Part shown: piece by piece, positions 36,201-50,991 of the stretch
Position numbering within the stretch: the stretch's first letter is position 1
Layout of the letters: every line of letters begins with the position of its first letter
Origin: Lama guanicoe
Taxonomy: Eukaryota
DNA length: 64,000 nt
Assembly (NCBI GenBank): GCA_013239625.1
Contig: MU054400.1
Coordinates: forward strand, 2,702,282-2,766,281
Direction: 5' to 3'
Translations under genes and position numbers: made by a program
The notes under the pieces: model-generated
Database searches by the model: none
Told to the model about the DNA's origin: nothing
Seen by the model: the letters and a program-made list of their open reading frames with translations, nothing else

Positions 36201-36827
36201 GCTTCTGTGTCTTAGTAAAGGGACAATAATAGAACCTTTCTCATTGGGTTTCTGTGAGGTTAAAATGAATTGGTGCTTGTAAAATGACTGTATTAGTGCA
36301 TAGCACATAGAGCACCACGGTTTGTTTTTATTTTGTATGGCTGTCCTTTGTACGTCCTTTGTATGTTATGGCCTGTGTTTTGAAGGAGAGTAGGCTCTGT
36401 AGTGCTGGGGGAGGATGGAAAAGCAAAAGATTCGGTCTTGAGCGTGGCACTGGACAGGCTCTGAGGTTACGGGGACAGATGCAAGAGGGCATTGGTTCTC
36501 CTCTTGGGACCATTGTGTGCCCTTTCCCTTGTTTGTGTATTTCTCTCATCTTGTGGGACCTGGCGTGCTCAACCAGTTGGGATATTGACATTTGTGTGTT
36601 GAGCAGTCATGGGTCAGATTTAGCCACTGTGACTCAGGTGATGATCTTTGTTCTGCCGCTTTGTTTTCTTCAATAGTCCGGGCCCATTTTATTTATTAAG
36701 TTGTTTACAGCAGTTTCCCTGGACTCTGGAGGTTATCAGTCAATTTGTACTCTTGTTTTCTCTTTCACTATCTTTCTCACTCTTTAATTTCAAGGCCTTT
36801 ACAAAAATAGATATCTTTTTTCTTTGT

Positions 36828-37050
36828 TTTTAAATTCTGGTAAAATATACATAACAGAATTTACCATCTTAACCAAGTATGTTCACATTTTTGTGCAACA
36901 AACATCACCATCCAGCTCCACAACCCTTTTATCTGCAAAACTGAAACACTGAACTCATCAAATGGCAGCTCCCTATTCCCTTCCCCCTAGCTCCTCACAA
37001 CCATCATTCTACTTTTTGTCTCTGTGAATTTGACTCCTTTGATTACCTCC
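36828..37050 (-). mobile_element. L1MB-like 3' end
   Basis: ttctggtaaaatatacataacagaatttaccatcttaacc...caaccatcattctactttttgtctctgtgaatttgact. Confidence 0.8.
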
Positions 37051-39878
37051 AGAATATACATCTTTTCTAACAATGATCTATTCCTTGAATTAAAAGTTTT
37101 TGTAAGAGATTTGTTTAGGATTTTTAGATGCAATCACATTTCCTTTCTGTAAAATAGCGTCTCTTTATTGTGGCCTTACACAACCACTTAGGACTGGGAT
37201 CCCTTTCCGCCAATATCTTGGTAGTGTAACTCCAAAGAAAATAATCTCTAAGCTTCTGTAAAAGCGACTAAAGGTTAACACATGAAGTGAAGCCAGTGAA
37301 GATAAAATTGAAAGTGTTCCACACATTCTATCACTCTCCTTACTTCCACAGCCTATAAATGTTGGCTGAGAAATTGTGCCAAAATCAAAACAGCCCTTCA
37401 TAGAGATCCTAAAATTTTACCACTTTAGTCACTCTCTTCTTAACATTAAGCCTAATGCTCATTTTTCTCTGTGCCATGCTTGATCTATCCCGAAGTTGGA
37501 GCAGAAATATTAGTTCCCCCAATTTTCTTCCTATTGAATGATTTGGCCTGAACGGAGGCCAAGAGCTTTCAGAGCTGTGTTCTGCTGTGATTTGTGCTGA
37601 CTTGATGCTTCTTAGAATTCTTCGGGCCCCGGCTAATCATAGCAAGTTTTCCTTCACTAGTCATAAACGAAACATTGATTGGCCTGAAATAATGGGAAAC
37701 GAGGAAAAGACGTCTTGAAGGAAAGATAATTTTGTGTTGGATTGGAATTGCAAGATACACTTTTTATAAACAGTCACTTTGAAACGCAAAAAATTTGTGG
37801 ATTAGATGATTTTCTAACTCATTTCTTAAAAACAGCTGTAAGATAATTCTATAGCGTAAGCATATTGATTGTAATGGCCACATAATTTGTATTGAATAAA
37901 TATAAGAACTGTCACAGTTAATCAGTTTATCATCAGTATTTGAATAACTGATGGTAGTTATTTTTACACGGTAAGGTTAATAAGGTAAAAATGAGAGGGA
38001 GAAATGAGGAATAAAAAAAGAGACAAGAACTCCAAGTAACTCTGACGGTTGACATAGTTGCTGTAACTGAACACAACATTTGTCCTTAACTCCCTGGCAG
38101 TGAAAAGAGAAGCTCATTATTAGGGAGGAGAATGCCTACTAATTCCACAGGAACACAGCTTTGTCTGGCACTCTGTTCTGAAAAGAGTTTCTTTTGCAGG
38201 GAATATGAGTGATGTAATTCACAGCTTTTATGAAAAATGCAGAAGTAGATTTCATTTTCTTCTTACTGAGAAAGCCAGTGAGAGTAGGGAGAAGGGACAA
38301 GAACATCAATTCTGCAAGGACGCTAAACTGGTCCAAGAATTTCATCTCCCAGTGCTGTGATTATAAAACTGATACAATGGGGGATCTTAATCGCCCATCC
38401 CCTCATACCCTTTGCTGAGCCAGGCTTTGCTTGAAACTGGACTGCAGATGATCTGAAGTTGTCCCCTCTGACCAGAGCCTTGAACGTTGTCATCTCTGTT
38501 CCCGATGAAGGCCAGATTCATTCTCTCTGGAAGCCAGACAAGCAGATGGTGGGGCTGACATCCTTTTACAAAGACCAAGCAGGCTGGCTTGCGTGCCCAT
38601 CCAGGTGGAAGCCACCCCGTCTGCAGATGAGATGAGCTGCAGAGGTCCCAGCAGGCAGATCGAGGCTTGCCTAGGGAGGTGGCGCTTTGACTGCCTCCAA
38701 ACGTGGACAGATGCTTGATGGAGACTGCGGAGGTCCTCCCGCAGAGCACTGCAGAGATGGTTTTAGCCTAGAAGCTGTGAGGAGCAGGTGTGACCATACG
38801 GCTTCCCAGCCAGAGGAAAAGCCCCCTCAGGTTCTGGGGGGGCCCCCACTCTTGAGAGGGCTGGCCTCTTGTGGGCCTGCCAGAACAAATTAGCTGCAGA
38901 GTATACCCCGAGTCACCCCATGAGCTGACTCATATTTCTGGTGGTTTCCTATCACCCGATGTTAGAGTACATGTGTCCAAAATAAACATTTTTGCTCAAA
39001 CACAACTTAAGCTTCCTTCTTGATGGTAGTTCGGTATCAGGACCACTTCTGACCTGAGGCTCTTCGTCTGATATGGTGAAACCATGTCATGATGCACGTG
39101 TAGTTAACTGTCTTCCCGTTTGTGATGGCAGGTTATTTTGATCAATCAAAAGATCTAAGACCTAAAGGAAAATATTAAATAAATTAATGGGAAGGAAAAC
39201 AGTTTTTGTCGGGAAAAACACATCCCTTGCCCTTGCTCCTCTTGGGCTGATCTTCACCACTGTACAGAGTATAAAATTATACTTGGCTATGTCTGTGCCA
39301 GATATAGTGAGTTTTTAACAGCAGAGGAAGTTTCTAAAGGTCCTGGAACAGGTGGCAGTAACTTCTTTGAAAAAAAAAAGGAGGTGTTTGTATTGCAGTC
39401 TCTGTGCCATTTTATCTGATGTTTTAGGGATTTCTAGATACAGAGATGACATATTAGGGTAGGAGAAGAGCTGGAGCATTGACCCTTGGAGGAAATTACA
39501 AGCAAGAATGAAGTGAGGTGTCGTAAAATCTTTCCATGGGCCAGTGAAACAGCCGAGGTCAGTCAGGACTGTGACCCAAACCCCTGGGCAGTGTTAGCTT
39601 GCTGTGGGCCTGGAGGCGGGCTGAGACTAAGCTCACCAGCTAGTGACCAAGTCAGCCCTTGAAATCCAGTCTTCTGCTCAGTGTTAACAGGTAGCATTCA
39701 TTGAGGGCCTCATTTGTGCTAGGGCGGTTTTCTAATTTTTCCAGCAACTTCCCTGAGGCAGGTACTGTTCTGACCCCATTTGGACTTGCCCAAGGGCACA
39801 TAACTGGTAAGAGGTGAAGCTATTGGAGTGTGTTTATCCCTCCACCAGACCACTTATTGTTTTCCAGGCACATGAATT

Positions 39879-40652
39879 AGTATTATTTATTGACATATAG
39901 TTGATTTACAATATTGTGTTAGTTTCAGGTGTACAGCAAAGTGATTCGGTTATACATATATATATATTCTTTTTTAAAAATTCTTTTCCATCATAGTTTA
40001 TTACAAGATACAGAATATAGTTCTCTATACTATACAGTAAATCCTTGCTGTTTACCTATCTTATAGTATATGGTAGTGTGCATCTGTTAATCCTATACTC
40101 ACAATTTGTCCCTCTCCCACCTTTCCCCTTTGGTAACCATAAATTTATTTTCTGTTTGTGAGTCTGTTTCTGTTTTGCAAATAAGTTCACTTGTGCTATT
40201 CTTTAGATTCCACATATAAGTGATAAAATATTTGTCTTTGTCTGACTAACTTTGCTTAGTGTGAAAATCTCTGGGTCCATCCATGTTACTGCAAATGGCA
40301 TTATTTCATTCTTTTTATGGCTGAGTAGTATTCCATTGTGTGTGCATGCGTGCATGTGTGTGTGTGTGTGTGTATCCCACATCTTCTCAGTCATCTGTTG
40401 ATGAACATTTAGGTTGCTTCCATGTCTTAGCTATTGTAAATAGTGCTGCTATGAACATTGGGGTGCATACATCTTTTTGAATTAGATCTTTCATCTTTTC
40501 TGATATATGCCCAAGAGTGGGATTGCTGAATCATATGGTAACTCTATTTTTAGTTTTTTAAGGAACTTCCACACTGTTTTCCATAATGGCTGCACCAATT
40601 TACATTTCCCACCAAAGTGTAGGAGGGTTCCCTTTTCTCCACACCCTCTGTA
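39879..40652 (-). mobile_element. L1 3' fragment with 14-bp TSD
   Basis: TSD caggcacatgaatt / caggcacttgaatt (39865-39878, 40653-40666). Minus ORF KKNEIMPFAVTWMDPEIFTLSKVSQ matches the L1 ORF2p end. Confidence 0.92.
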
Positions 40653-40934
40653 CAGGCACTTGAATTCTTAAATTCTCGAGGTATTGAGGCTATTCTAGGA
40701 AGCTTCTGTTCTCTTGGCATTGTGTAAGAATCTGAGAAGATTTTCTATTTATCTCTTATTAGCTCTATCTAGATAACACATGAGAGCATCCTGTAAAATG
40801 TCTTCATTCCTTTTCTTTGACTATTGTTTTCAGGCCTTGATTATTTGTGAAGATCTATTTTGCAGAAATTTTAGAAATTATTCCTTATTGTAGGTCCAGG
40901 ATATACAAGTCCACAGTCCTAGTGATGTTGTCCA

Positions 40935-41150
40935 GTGGCTATGAGCTCAGTATTCAGAGGCAGGTGGATTTCAGTTCCAATCCTGTTTTGGCAACTCTGT
41001 GACCCTGGGGAAGTGACCTGGCATGGTTGGGCCTCAGGTCCCTCTCCAAACAGGTGGAAACAATCCTAGCGCTCTCTAGTAGCTTTGTTGTGCTAAGGGA
41101 GACAACTGGGTACCTTGGTGCCTGTCACATAGCACTCTATAAAAGGGAAT
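40935..41150 (+). mobile_element. MIR SINE fragment
   Basis: ctctgtgaccctggggaagtgacct...gggcctcaggtccctc. Confidence 0.55.
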
Positions 41151-43869
41151 TACTGGTGCTCCTTCTATGCCCGTGGTCTTAAAAAAAAAAAAAAGATTGA
41201 AGTGCTGATGCTAAACAGCCTGTGCTGGTGGGCTGGCTGCTGGAATTCAGGTTCTGAGCACACTTATTTGGTGTTCTCTGTGTTCACGTTGTCACAGGCA
41301 GGGTGGTACGCGCTCTCTTAAGAACGGAGTGATAGATGGAGAGATTCCTATTTTGAGTCATACTTTGGCCCATCGTGGATTGATTTTCAAAACTCTTTAT
41401 TAACTTTTTGCAGAGAAACTGAAGCTACTTGGTTGCAAACTCAGGGAACAAGGGCAAATTTTTTGTTATTCTGTTCTCTATGACGGAAATCTTACGGCAG
41501 AGAGAATCCTATGAGAGTTGAAATGCCTCGCCCTGTGGCTGTAAGCTGAGTGCATATGTATCACGATCTCTTGTGGCATTTGAGTTAGATCTACTTTTAT
41601 TAGCTTGATTGCTTGTTTGGTGGTGGGGGTGGGGGTGGCCAGGTATTGGAGAGCGATTTCGTTTTGAAGAGTGACCATTAAGGAATATTCACAGCTGTTT
41701 CCATTTGTTTTTCCTATATTGCCAAAGTACAGTTCAGGTAACAAAGTCCAAGGTAAAGGAAATCTTCCTTTTGAGTAATACTACTGCTAAGCTAATACAC
41801 AGAAAGAAAAGATGCCTTAGAAACCACTCTTTGTTACTGGGAAAGATTGCCTGGAGGAATTATTTGATAGGTTGTTAAAGCCAATGTGAAGTATTTTAAA
41901 ATGGGATGCACATCCTTTCGAGGAACCTGTAATTTGAAAATGTTTCAGTGAATTTTTCCTAAAATTACTTCTTCTTTTCTCCCCAAAAGCCACCTATGAG
42001 CTTTTTGTTAAGTCTAAAGAGAGACAATTCTTTACCCTCAAGAAAATGTCACAGCAGAGGCCCTGGATGTCACATTGAGATTGGAGAAGCTTTGGTGACA
42101 ACACAAAATAAACGGCAAATAGCGTGGACTTTGCTTATGTTCAGATTCTTTATCTGTTGACTTTCTGATCACTCTTCAAGGCCTCCCCTCCGTTTAAGCT
42201 TTCACTGACCTGTCCAGTCATATCTTGTGGTTCCTTCTACTGCGCCCTCGTGGTTTCCTTGTTTTCTACATGATAAATCGAGTTATTTTCTATTATCACA
42301 ATTTTCATTTAGTATTTATTGTGTACATATGTCTGGTCTTTCCGGTGGGACAACAGAAACTTCAGGTGAAGGATCCTGGGACAGCTTGATTGCTTTAAGT
42401 CAGCCAACGTTCTATGAGCATCAGCTCTGTGCTGGGAGGTGGACATGCAGTTTGATGAATAACACTCCTCTGTCTGAGGAGTTAACAGTGCAGCAGGGGA
42501 GTCAGATAGATAAATAGAAAAACACAGTGGTAGATACAAAGAACACCTCCATTCCCTCTAATTCTCAATTTTAAAGTTAAGAAGCAAAATGAATGCTTAA
42601 AAATGCCTGTCGACTGATGGAATAAAAATGTTCTGATTGGAAAAAGCCTTTTTGGTGTTGCCCATAAATCAAGCAGTGTCTCAGGTATTGTAGAGGCCCC
42701 GAAGAGTTTTAGGTGAGCTCATTGAGAAGCCTGTTGAATACGAGATCCAACTCTTAGGGCAGTTAATAGTGGACTTTGGATGTAGTGAAAGTGAAAAACA
42801 GCAATAAAAACCAACTCTCATAATGTGAGGTCCAAGCAAGGGCCCTCTCTATGGATTTGGGGAAGGGGGAAGGTGGATTTGGGCAAAACAACACGGATGA
42901 AGGCCAACGATTCCGCACGGATCACTGATGGAGGGGTGGGCTGGGGGACCGGGAAACCAAGGAGGTAAGGGAGAAACATTCTTAAGGAGTATCAGATTTA
43001 AAAAATCCCAGTCCACCAAGTCTCTTTGTCATTATTTAAAGGCAGCTGACTTTCCTCAAAGAGAAGGAAGGCAGCATCTGCAGAGTGGAGGGGCAGATGC
43101 TTTTAGGCTTGGCTGAACTCACAGGAGCGCTAGGGCACGGGCTCTGGGGGAGGGCTTGTGCCTTAAAACCCCCGGGGCCTGAGCTTTCCAGAACAGTAGG
43201 CGTGCCTCCAAGGAGTTACGGGTTGTCATGGAGAGAAAGTACCAAAATGCTGGGCCTTTCCACTGCTTCATTGGGAGTGAAACCCTTCTTGAAATATGTT
43301 TTATTAAGCACAACTCGACTCAGTAAAGAACCCTCAGTTTGACAGCACTTTGACTGGAGTGACAAGAGATCGTTTTCTGGGGGTGGGGGTAGGGTGGGGG
43401 GATAAAAGCCTGCTGCGTTGCCTGTCGATGCATCATCTTTCAGTTGTCTGCCCTGGCCTGGCCCTTCCCCTCTCATTCCTAACCCTGGGTTGGTCTCTGC
43501 AGCTGCTGCTTTTCTGATCAGTGGCAGTGATGAGATGGTAGAGCTCAAAGACCTGATGTCGCCAAGATCCTGGTGGAGGCACGTGGAGGTCACCAGTAGG
43601 GGGCAGCCCAGCATGCTCCTTAGTCTTCTGTTCTTGTCCAGGGGCTCCAGGGCAGGGAGCAGAAGCCTTTTAGACTCTTTGCCTTTAAGTGGTCCAAGGA
43701 ACCAAAGACCTGAGCCCAGGTGTATTTGGTTACCTCATAAATGAGAAGCCTTGGGGTCCAGTTTCCCTACAGTCATTTCCCCTGTGGCTTTTTCCAACTC
43801 TGTCTCTCCCTCTCTCTTTCCCTCTCTTCTTCCTCCCCTCCCTCCCCTCCTTTTTTTCTTCTTCATACA

Positions 43870-44690
43870 TTAAAAAAATTAAAAAATATATATATAATGA
43901 CGTAACACTAACTTCAGTTACTTATATTCAGACCTTTCCCTTTTAAGAAAAGAAACAGTTTAGTAGTTTAATAAAATAGTTTAACAGTTGAAGTTTCTTT
44001 ATCCCAGACCCATTCTCCCTTTCCAAGGTGACCTTCCTTGAATCTTCTTTTTATACTTTACAAGCATCCTTGACCATGAATGTGATGTGATATAGTTTGC
44101 TGTGTCTTTTTAAAAGTTCACATAAACTGTTTTGTATTATATGTACAGATCAGTATAAGATTTTGCTTATTTTTTTCTCATTTGGCATGATGATTTCTTT
44201 CTGTTCAAATATAAAAATCTGGTTCAATCTAACTTATTTATCTAACATCCCTTATTTTGTTCTATTTCTTAATTGATGGACAAGAGTTGTTTCCAGCATT
44301 TGATTCTGACTGTATTACAGTGAATGTTTTTGTATGTGTCTCCTTGTGTGCATGTGTGAGAATTTCTCTCAGGTGAACTCCTTAGAAATGGAATTGTTGA
44401 ACTCTATAAAGTGTGTGATTTATACTTTTCCAGGATACTGGCAAATTACTCTTCAAAGTAGTTGTGCCAGTTTATACTTCCTTAACCAATGTAAGAGAAA
44501 TACGCCCCCTCCCATCCTTAGAAATGCTTTATTTTGTCAGACTTTAAACATTTTGTCCAGCTAGTGGGAGAAGAATGGTATGTCCACGTTGTTTTAATTT
44601 GCATTTCAGATTCCTTGAGAGGTGAGCAGCTTTTCATATGATCCTTGGCCATGGAGGTATCTCCTCTGTGAATCGTCTGTTATTAACTTT
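43870..44690 (-). mobile_element. Ancient L1ME-like fragment
   Basis: ttgatggacaagagttgtttccagc...gtgccagtttatacttcc...gttttaatttgcatttc. Confidence 0.7.
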
Positions 44691-46489
44691 ACTGACTTCC
44701 ATTCTAACCCTATGATTCCTCCTCACTTAATGGTATCCAGGAAGCGTTCCTTAAGGGGTAGATTTCATGAGCAGTTTATAGCCAGCAGCTATGTTGTGGG
44801 CATCTCTGCAGCTGGTAACTTATGGAAGGTTCTTGGCATCTGGAGGGGCATTTGCTGACTTTTTAATATGGCTCTTCTGTTGGTTTTTTCCATTTTGAGC
44901 AGGAGAAAATTTCATTCTTAATCCAGGGCATTCCTACCTCCACAGTGGAAGAGTATTCTTTAGTGACCATTTTTCATAATTTCACATAATTTTTTTGATT
45001 GTTTGCAGCAAAATCTGTTGTCTGGTCTTAAATTCAAGAACAGTTACACTTTGCTTAACTCCTGATTTTTTTCATCTCGTGAAACATTATGAGTTTACCC
45101 CTGACTAAATGTATCCCCCTTTCCTTCTTTTCTTGGGCATGATCACTAAAAAAGCTTCAAATTAAGCTTGTGGCCCTTTCCCAATAAGTAGATGCATTTT
45201 ATTGAATACAGTTGGGGAGTTTATAAATGAAAAATCTGATGAAAATGAAATAACAAAAAAATAAAGGGCATAAATAACTAATAGAAACGTTAAAATAAAT
45301 GCTCTGTGCCACGGATGCTGATTAAGTCCCTCCTAAGTGTTGGGCCGCTGTCACAAGCGTGGAGGATGCAGGGGTAATCCAGGCAGGGAGCTGAGGAACT
45401 CTCGGGTGATTGCGGAGCAGCAGCAGCCACCATGCTGCTCAGCTGTGAGGCATGAACAGGCTTCTCTAGAATCCTGGTTGTGGCTCCAAAGGGAACCTTG
45501 CCTACGTTATTTGTCCTTTTTTTCTGCCAGTTGCATAGAAAAAAAAACATTAAAATGTGGGGCTCTCTTGCATACAGTTCTTATGGGAGATCATTTAGAA
45601 AAGGGAGGTGACTGTGGTTTTTGCTGAAAATGGATTGGAAATCTTAGGAACAAATATTCCTAAAGTATGATGATTTTGAAACATTTCATAAAGACTCTTG
45701 ATGTTGAAAATTGCTGTTTGATCACTCAGTTGGAGTCTTAAAATGTTTCCCTCTGTGTGTGATAGCAGGAGAGAAAGGGATGCATCCTTCCTGCACATCT
45801 ATTGTGTCAGGCTCCCGGGATCAGGGAGAACCGAGATCTTTGAGCAGAAGATGCCCTTCTGTCTTGAGTGTTGCTTTTTTATGTAACAGGGACAAGGTTT
45901 ATGTGGGTTCTTTTAAATTTCTTTCTCTTTGGTGTAATTTTGTTCCCTCAGAGCATTTACTTATTTTGCCTTATTTCTAAAATTTATTTTCTAAAAATGG
46001 GTGCTGCAGCACTTACCATGTATCGTGTATTCTGACATCTTTTCTCTCTTTTTGAATTGGATAGAAGGGACTTATAGATGCTATGTCTCTCCCTCATTGG
46101 TTACTATTTTTTCATTTTAACTCATGTTGTTAACAGTAGGGTTACATATTTGTTTGCAGTGTCTTAATTGGAATGTTATGTATCTCAAATTTTTTGGAAA
46201 AAAAAAAGGGAAAAGTCAATCCTAATACAACTTCCTGAAGAGCCTTTGGAACGCCGGGTGTTGTTTATCTATCTGTCCATCCATCCATCCATCCATCCAT
46301 TTCTCATCCATAGATACCTGCTTAGTGCAAGGCGCTTTGCTAGATGCTGTAGGGCATGTTAAGAATTATAAAACAGGATCCAACTGTCCTCAAAAAGAGG
46401 TTGTGGTCTCAGAGAAGTGAATAGAAGGGTACTCAGATAACTGTTGCACAGGGAAATTCCATGGTAGTAGGTTTAATAGCTTTGTGTTT

Positions 46490-47040
46490 GTATTACCAAG
46501 GATTTTATTGGTTGCAGGTGACAGAAATTCAGATCAAACTTCTGTTAGTGATAGCTAACCTCAGAAATGATTGGATCCAAAGGCTCAAGTGGCATTTTCA
46601 GAGTTCTGTCTCTCTTTATGTCTCTTAGCTCCCTCTCCTCCTGTGTGCTGACTTCATTCTTGGACAGTCTCTTTTCTTGTAGCAGAAATATTTCCCCTGG
46701 AAGCCCCAGGCCTGTGTCATCTTTCAGCTGTCATCTCAGAGAAACAGAGAGAGACTCTCTGTCTCAGCATTCATCTTTTAATTTTAAGGAAGCTTCTCAC
46801 TGGTCTAGTTGAGATCACATGCACATTTCTAAGCCAGTTATTGTGGCCAAGGGGATGAAACTCTCAGTCCAGCCAGGGTTACCAGTTTACTCCTGTATTT
46901 GAGGGCTTGGCCAGTGGGGAAAAGGAGGGTTTCTACACAGAGTGCACTAGGGCGATGTGGGGCTTATGAAATGTGATTCCTGAAAGGAAAAGTTGGTTGT
47001 ATTACTGACAAAAGCAGAAATAGGAGATCCTGGGCCAGAA
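46490..47040. mobile_element. MLT1K/L-like solo LTR
   Basis: ggattttattggttgcaggtgacagaaa...gatcacatgcacatttctaagccagttattgtggccaagggg. Confidence 0.65.
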
Positions 47041-47549
47041 AAAGAGAGAGCTGGAAGAAAGGGAGACAGAAGGGAGTGAGAGAAAGGGGGAGGAGAATCA
47101 GCTTCAGTGTTTCAGGAGGTAAAAGAGTGAGTAACTCCTCTTAGCATATGAGGAAAAGTGATTTGTGCTGTGTATGTGGCTGTCACTGCAAAGGTGAAAC
47201 GCTTTTGAGAGATAGTGGCTACATTTCCAAGTTATTTTCACCTCTATGCACAGGAGATACCTTGAAGGGGAGGCTAACTGAACTTACTAGTTGAAAAAAT
47301 GATGAAAGGATAAGAAAAAATGAAACCTGGTAAACCTGTCATTGATTATGAAACCTGTCCAACCCTGGCTTCTCCTCAGTCACACTCAGTTTCGTTCCCC
47401 TTGCTGTATTTAAAATATATGGTGGGGCTAGGTGGGTGGGGAGAGTTGGCTTTGAGTAGCCTGGTAAGGCTGCATGGAAGTTACCCATTCTTTCATGGAC
47501 CGCCTGCATTCTGAGTCATTAGTTTTCACTGTTTTTTTTTTTTTTGCAG

Positions 47550-47624
47550 TTACATTGCAAATCAGAAGAGATTAGAAATCATCAGTGAAGATGATGTGGA
47601 AGCTTATGTGGGACTGAAAAATCT
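47550..47624 (+). CDS. NTRK2: NTRK2 coding exon 2 (LRR1), 75 nt, phase 2-2
   Basis: Poly-T tract + GCAG acceptor, encodes (I)[24 protein letters not shown](L), donor CT|GTGAGT. Too short for the ORF track. Confidence 0.97.
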
Positions 47625-47683
47625 GTGAGTACTCGGGACTCGCATAACCTTATCTCTTAACTTTTTCTTATTTTTTATTGTAA

Positions 47684-47812
<129 letters not shown>

Positions 47813-50740
47813 TAAGTAAAGGTGGATTATTTTGCTTCCCAGGACCCAATTTATTCAATATTTTCCCCCTCTGTTTATTTTCCTTCTTTTCCAACTAGAA
47901 ATCTCCTTTTTTTTTTTAAGTTAGTATAGCTTTGACAACAGCTTAGAAGCATTAGCTTTGATTTCTGAATAGCTTCAGAGGGGTACTTAGAACAGCCTGC
48001 TTATTTCCTTTCATGAATTTCTGGGTCATTTCCATCTTGGACGGAGCAATAGGCCAACAGCAAGGAGTCTGATGTGAAAACTATGTCCTGGTACAGCGTT
48101 CTCAATTCTCATTCTTTTCCTTGGACTCATGACATGTCCTCTGGAAGCCATCAAACTAGTGGACTTGAAAAAAACTGACTTGGCCTTGGCCTTTTTAGGG
48201 AACTAAAAATTACTAATGCTCTTCCTCCCTCCAATAGATCCTCTTTTGAACGTTCATTTTCCAAAAGCTATCTGTCATGATTGATAAAAGTGGAGAAAAA
48301 TCAATCATGGAACGTGCCAAAGGTACAGACGATTGTAACAATAGCAAATGCTTCTACTGAAGTCAGGTTGATGTCAGCTGAAGTCAAACAGGAGTATGGA
48401 TAATGGGGGCTCTTAGGTTGTTTGCTGCTAAATCCTGTTAGATGGTGGCACTTGGTCAATAAGGTGTGGGCTTCCTGAGATGTTTCTTCATGAAACGGAG
48501 GATCACTCACCCCTAAGCTCAGACTGGTGGCCCCTACACCCTGAGTTTTCAGTAGGAGCTTTTGCGGGAGGAGTGTTGCCTGCGTTCACCAGCCCTTTCG
48601 TGCTTTGAAAATTCTCTGCAACAATACCTTATGTGTTTCGTGGTCTACGATCTACCTGTAGGACTCTCACCTGCTTTATGTCACTTGATTCTTCTGACAG
48701 TTGGTAGGAAAGATCTTTTTGATTCCCATTTCATAAATAAAATAAGACTCAGGTCCACAGATGCAAAGTGGCTGAATTTTGACTCTAGGACTCACTTGTG
48801 GCCATGTTCTTTCCATAAGAACACAGAAAATAAAATGTGTACTCTCCATATCATGAGAGAATCAGCCCATTTTGTAACATTTGTCCTCTTTCTTTTTCCT
48901 GGGGAGAACAGTTGCCTGATGGATTTCCAGGCCATTTATAAAAGAAATCATTCTCTCTGAGCTGATTGCCTGGACACTCTAAGGAGATTTGGTGACCTTA
49001 TGAAAAACCTTAATTTCATCAAGCCAGCATGGTGACTTCATGTTTCATAGGTGGCGTTAATGTTGAAGTCAGTTTAAAAATCAAGTCTGTAGAATTAAGA
49101 TATAAAACATTTGCCAAAAATGTGATAAAACTCCAAGGAACTTTATGAACACATTTCATTTAAAGGCTTTTTGGCACCATTGCTGTAGCTGGTTTGCCTG
49201 TGGAAATCTGATGTCTTGTGTAGGCCTTGCTAGCATAAACAAGGGAAAGTTGGATACAAGAAAAAGGCAAAATGCTCTAATGCAACCACTTGAGTGTAAT
49301 TAATGACCTCAGTGGTTAAGTTCTGGTATTTTCATTCCTGATGACTGTAAACCTGCATTACTCGACAACCACTTTTTACTGGCTGGTTTACATCACTTCC
49401 CCTAATGTTGTGATCTAAACAGTGGGCCTTGGTTAACTGTAGTTTTAGAAATAGACTTATTTATTACTTTACTATACCTCTTATATTTCCCCTGCTTTCC
49501 TTGTCCCATGCTATTTATATGAAAACCAAAGCTACCTTTTGTGTTTTTTTCAGGGTGATATATAGGAGACTAATTTTAATGTATTCTGTGTGCTGTACCA
49601 ATTTATATAAAGCCAAATGTTTGTTGCAGTCTCCAAGGAGGTGTCATTTGAAAATAGGAAACGAGGGATATGGACATATTTTATATATTTTCTTTAAAAG
49701 CTGACAGTTGGGAAGCCTAATAATTGATCAGACTGCAAAAACTCTTGATTTTTGTGGCCATCGTCAAATAGTAAGACAGCATGAAATCAGGCTAGTGTAC
49801 AGTTATGAAGAAGTCACAGTGCCAGGAGGCTTCATACAGTCACGTGATAAAAGAGGCTCCAAAGTGCCAAAGTAGAAATTGAAGTCATTGGCTTTCGAGA
49901 ACGGCAGGGAGGAGAGGATTAAGTCAGGTGCCTGTCTTTCCAGGCCTTGGTGTCAACCTCTGCTTACGAGTAAGGACCCGGCGCATTGGTGTGTTCTCCC
50001 TGATGTCCCACACGTAGTAATGGCACCCTTCCTTGAATATCAATACCATGGCTGCGAGGGAACTGATAAAGAAGTGTGTATGAGGAGCTGTTTCTCTCTA
50101 CTCCTGGGGATGTACTGCTTACCTCTCTGAGTTTCCCCAACAATATAAAAATATACAGAAGACCTGTCTGTTTCACTTCAGGTTTTAGGAAAATTCAGAT
50201 TGGACCCTGTCTCCCATCTTCATCACTCTTCTCCTACACTGTGCGTATTTAGCATTCCATGGGAATGGTACAGATCCCCTATGACTGGTCCCTGAGTTTA
50301 TTTCTTGGTGCCTTTAATTCCTGCCCGGCCCCTGAGAACCCAGAGACTGTGAGAAAAGCCAGTATTTGTGTTTTCCAGGGGCTTTGCAGAGGTGCTAATT
50401 AGCTCCTTTGCAAAGTTCTGTAATCAAACAGTAAGAGGATTGTTGATTTTTTTTCCCTCCCCTCCCTCCTCCTTTTTGGCTTTCGGTCCCAATAATAAGT
50501 ATGGTTCATAAAACTCATCTTGTTCTTTGGCGTGTAACCCTGCTCAGGGCTGGGCTGCTGGCAGCCAGGCAGGGCAGCTGCCCTGGGGCCGGCCTTGCTA
50601 GCTGACCCAAAACCTTGACCGTGACAGTCCTCTTTCTTTGCCTCCTCTCTCCTTATTCTTCTTGGGAGGAAGAGTAGGAATTTTGCTTGTTTGTTTGTTT
50701 TCTGTTTGTTTTCTTTCCTTTTGGAAGAGTTGGGATTTCT

Positions 50741-50991
50741 TTTTTTTTTAAACTTTTTTTTAATTGAAGTGTAGTTGATTTACAATGTTGTATTAGTTTC
50801 TGGTGTACAGCATAGTGTTTTAGTTACATATATATGTATATATTCTTTTCCATTGTAAGTTATTACAAGCTGTTGGCTACAGTTCTCTGTGCTGTACAGT
50901 AGGACCTTGTTGTTTATCTATTTTGTACATACTAGTTTGTATCTGCCAATCCCAAATTCCCAATTTATCCCTTCCTCCCCCGCTTCCCCCC
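50741..50991 (-). mobile_element. L1 3' end with 16-bp TSD
   Basis: TSD aagagttgggatttct / aagagttggggttcct (50725-50740, 50992-51007), poly-T then ttgaagtgtagttgatttacaatg. Confidence 0.9.
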
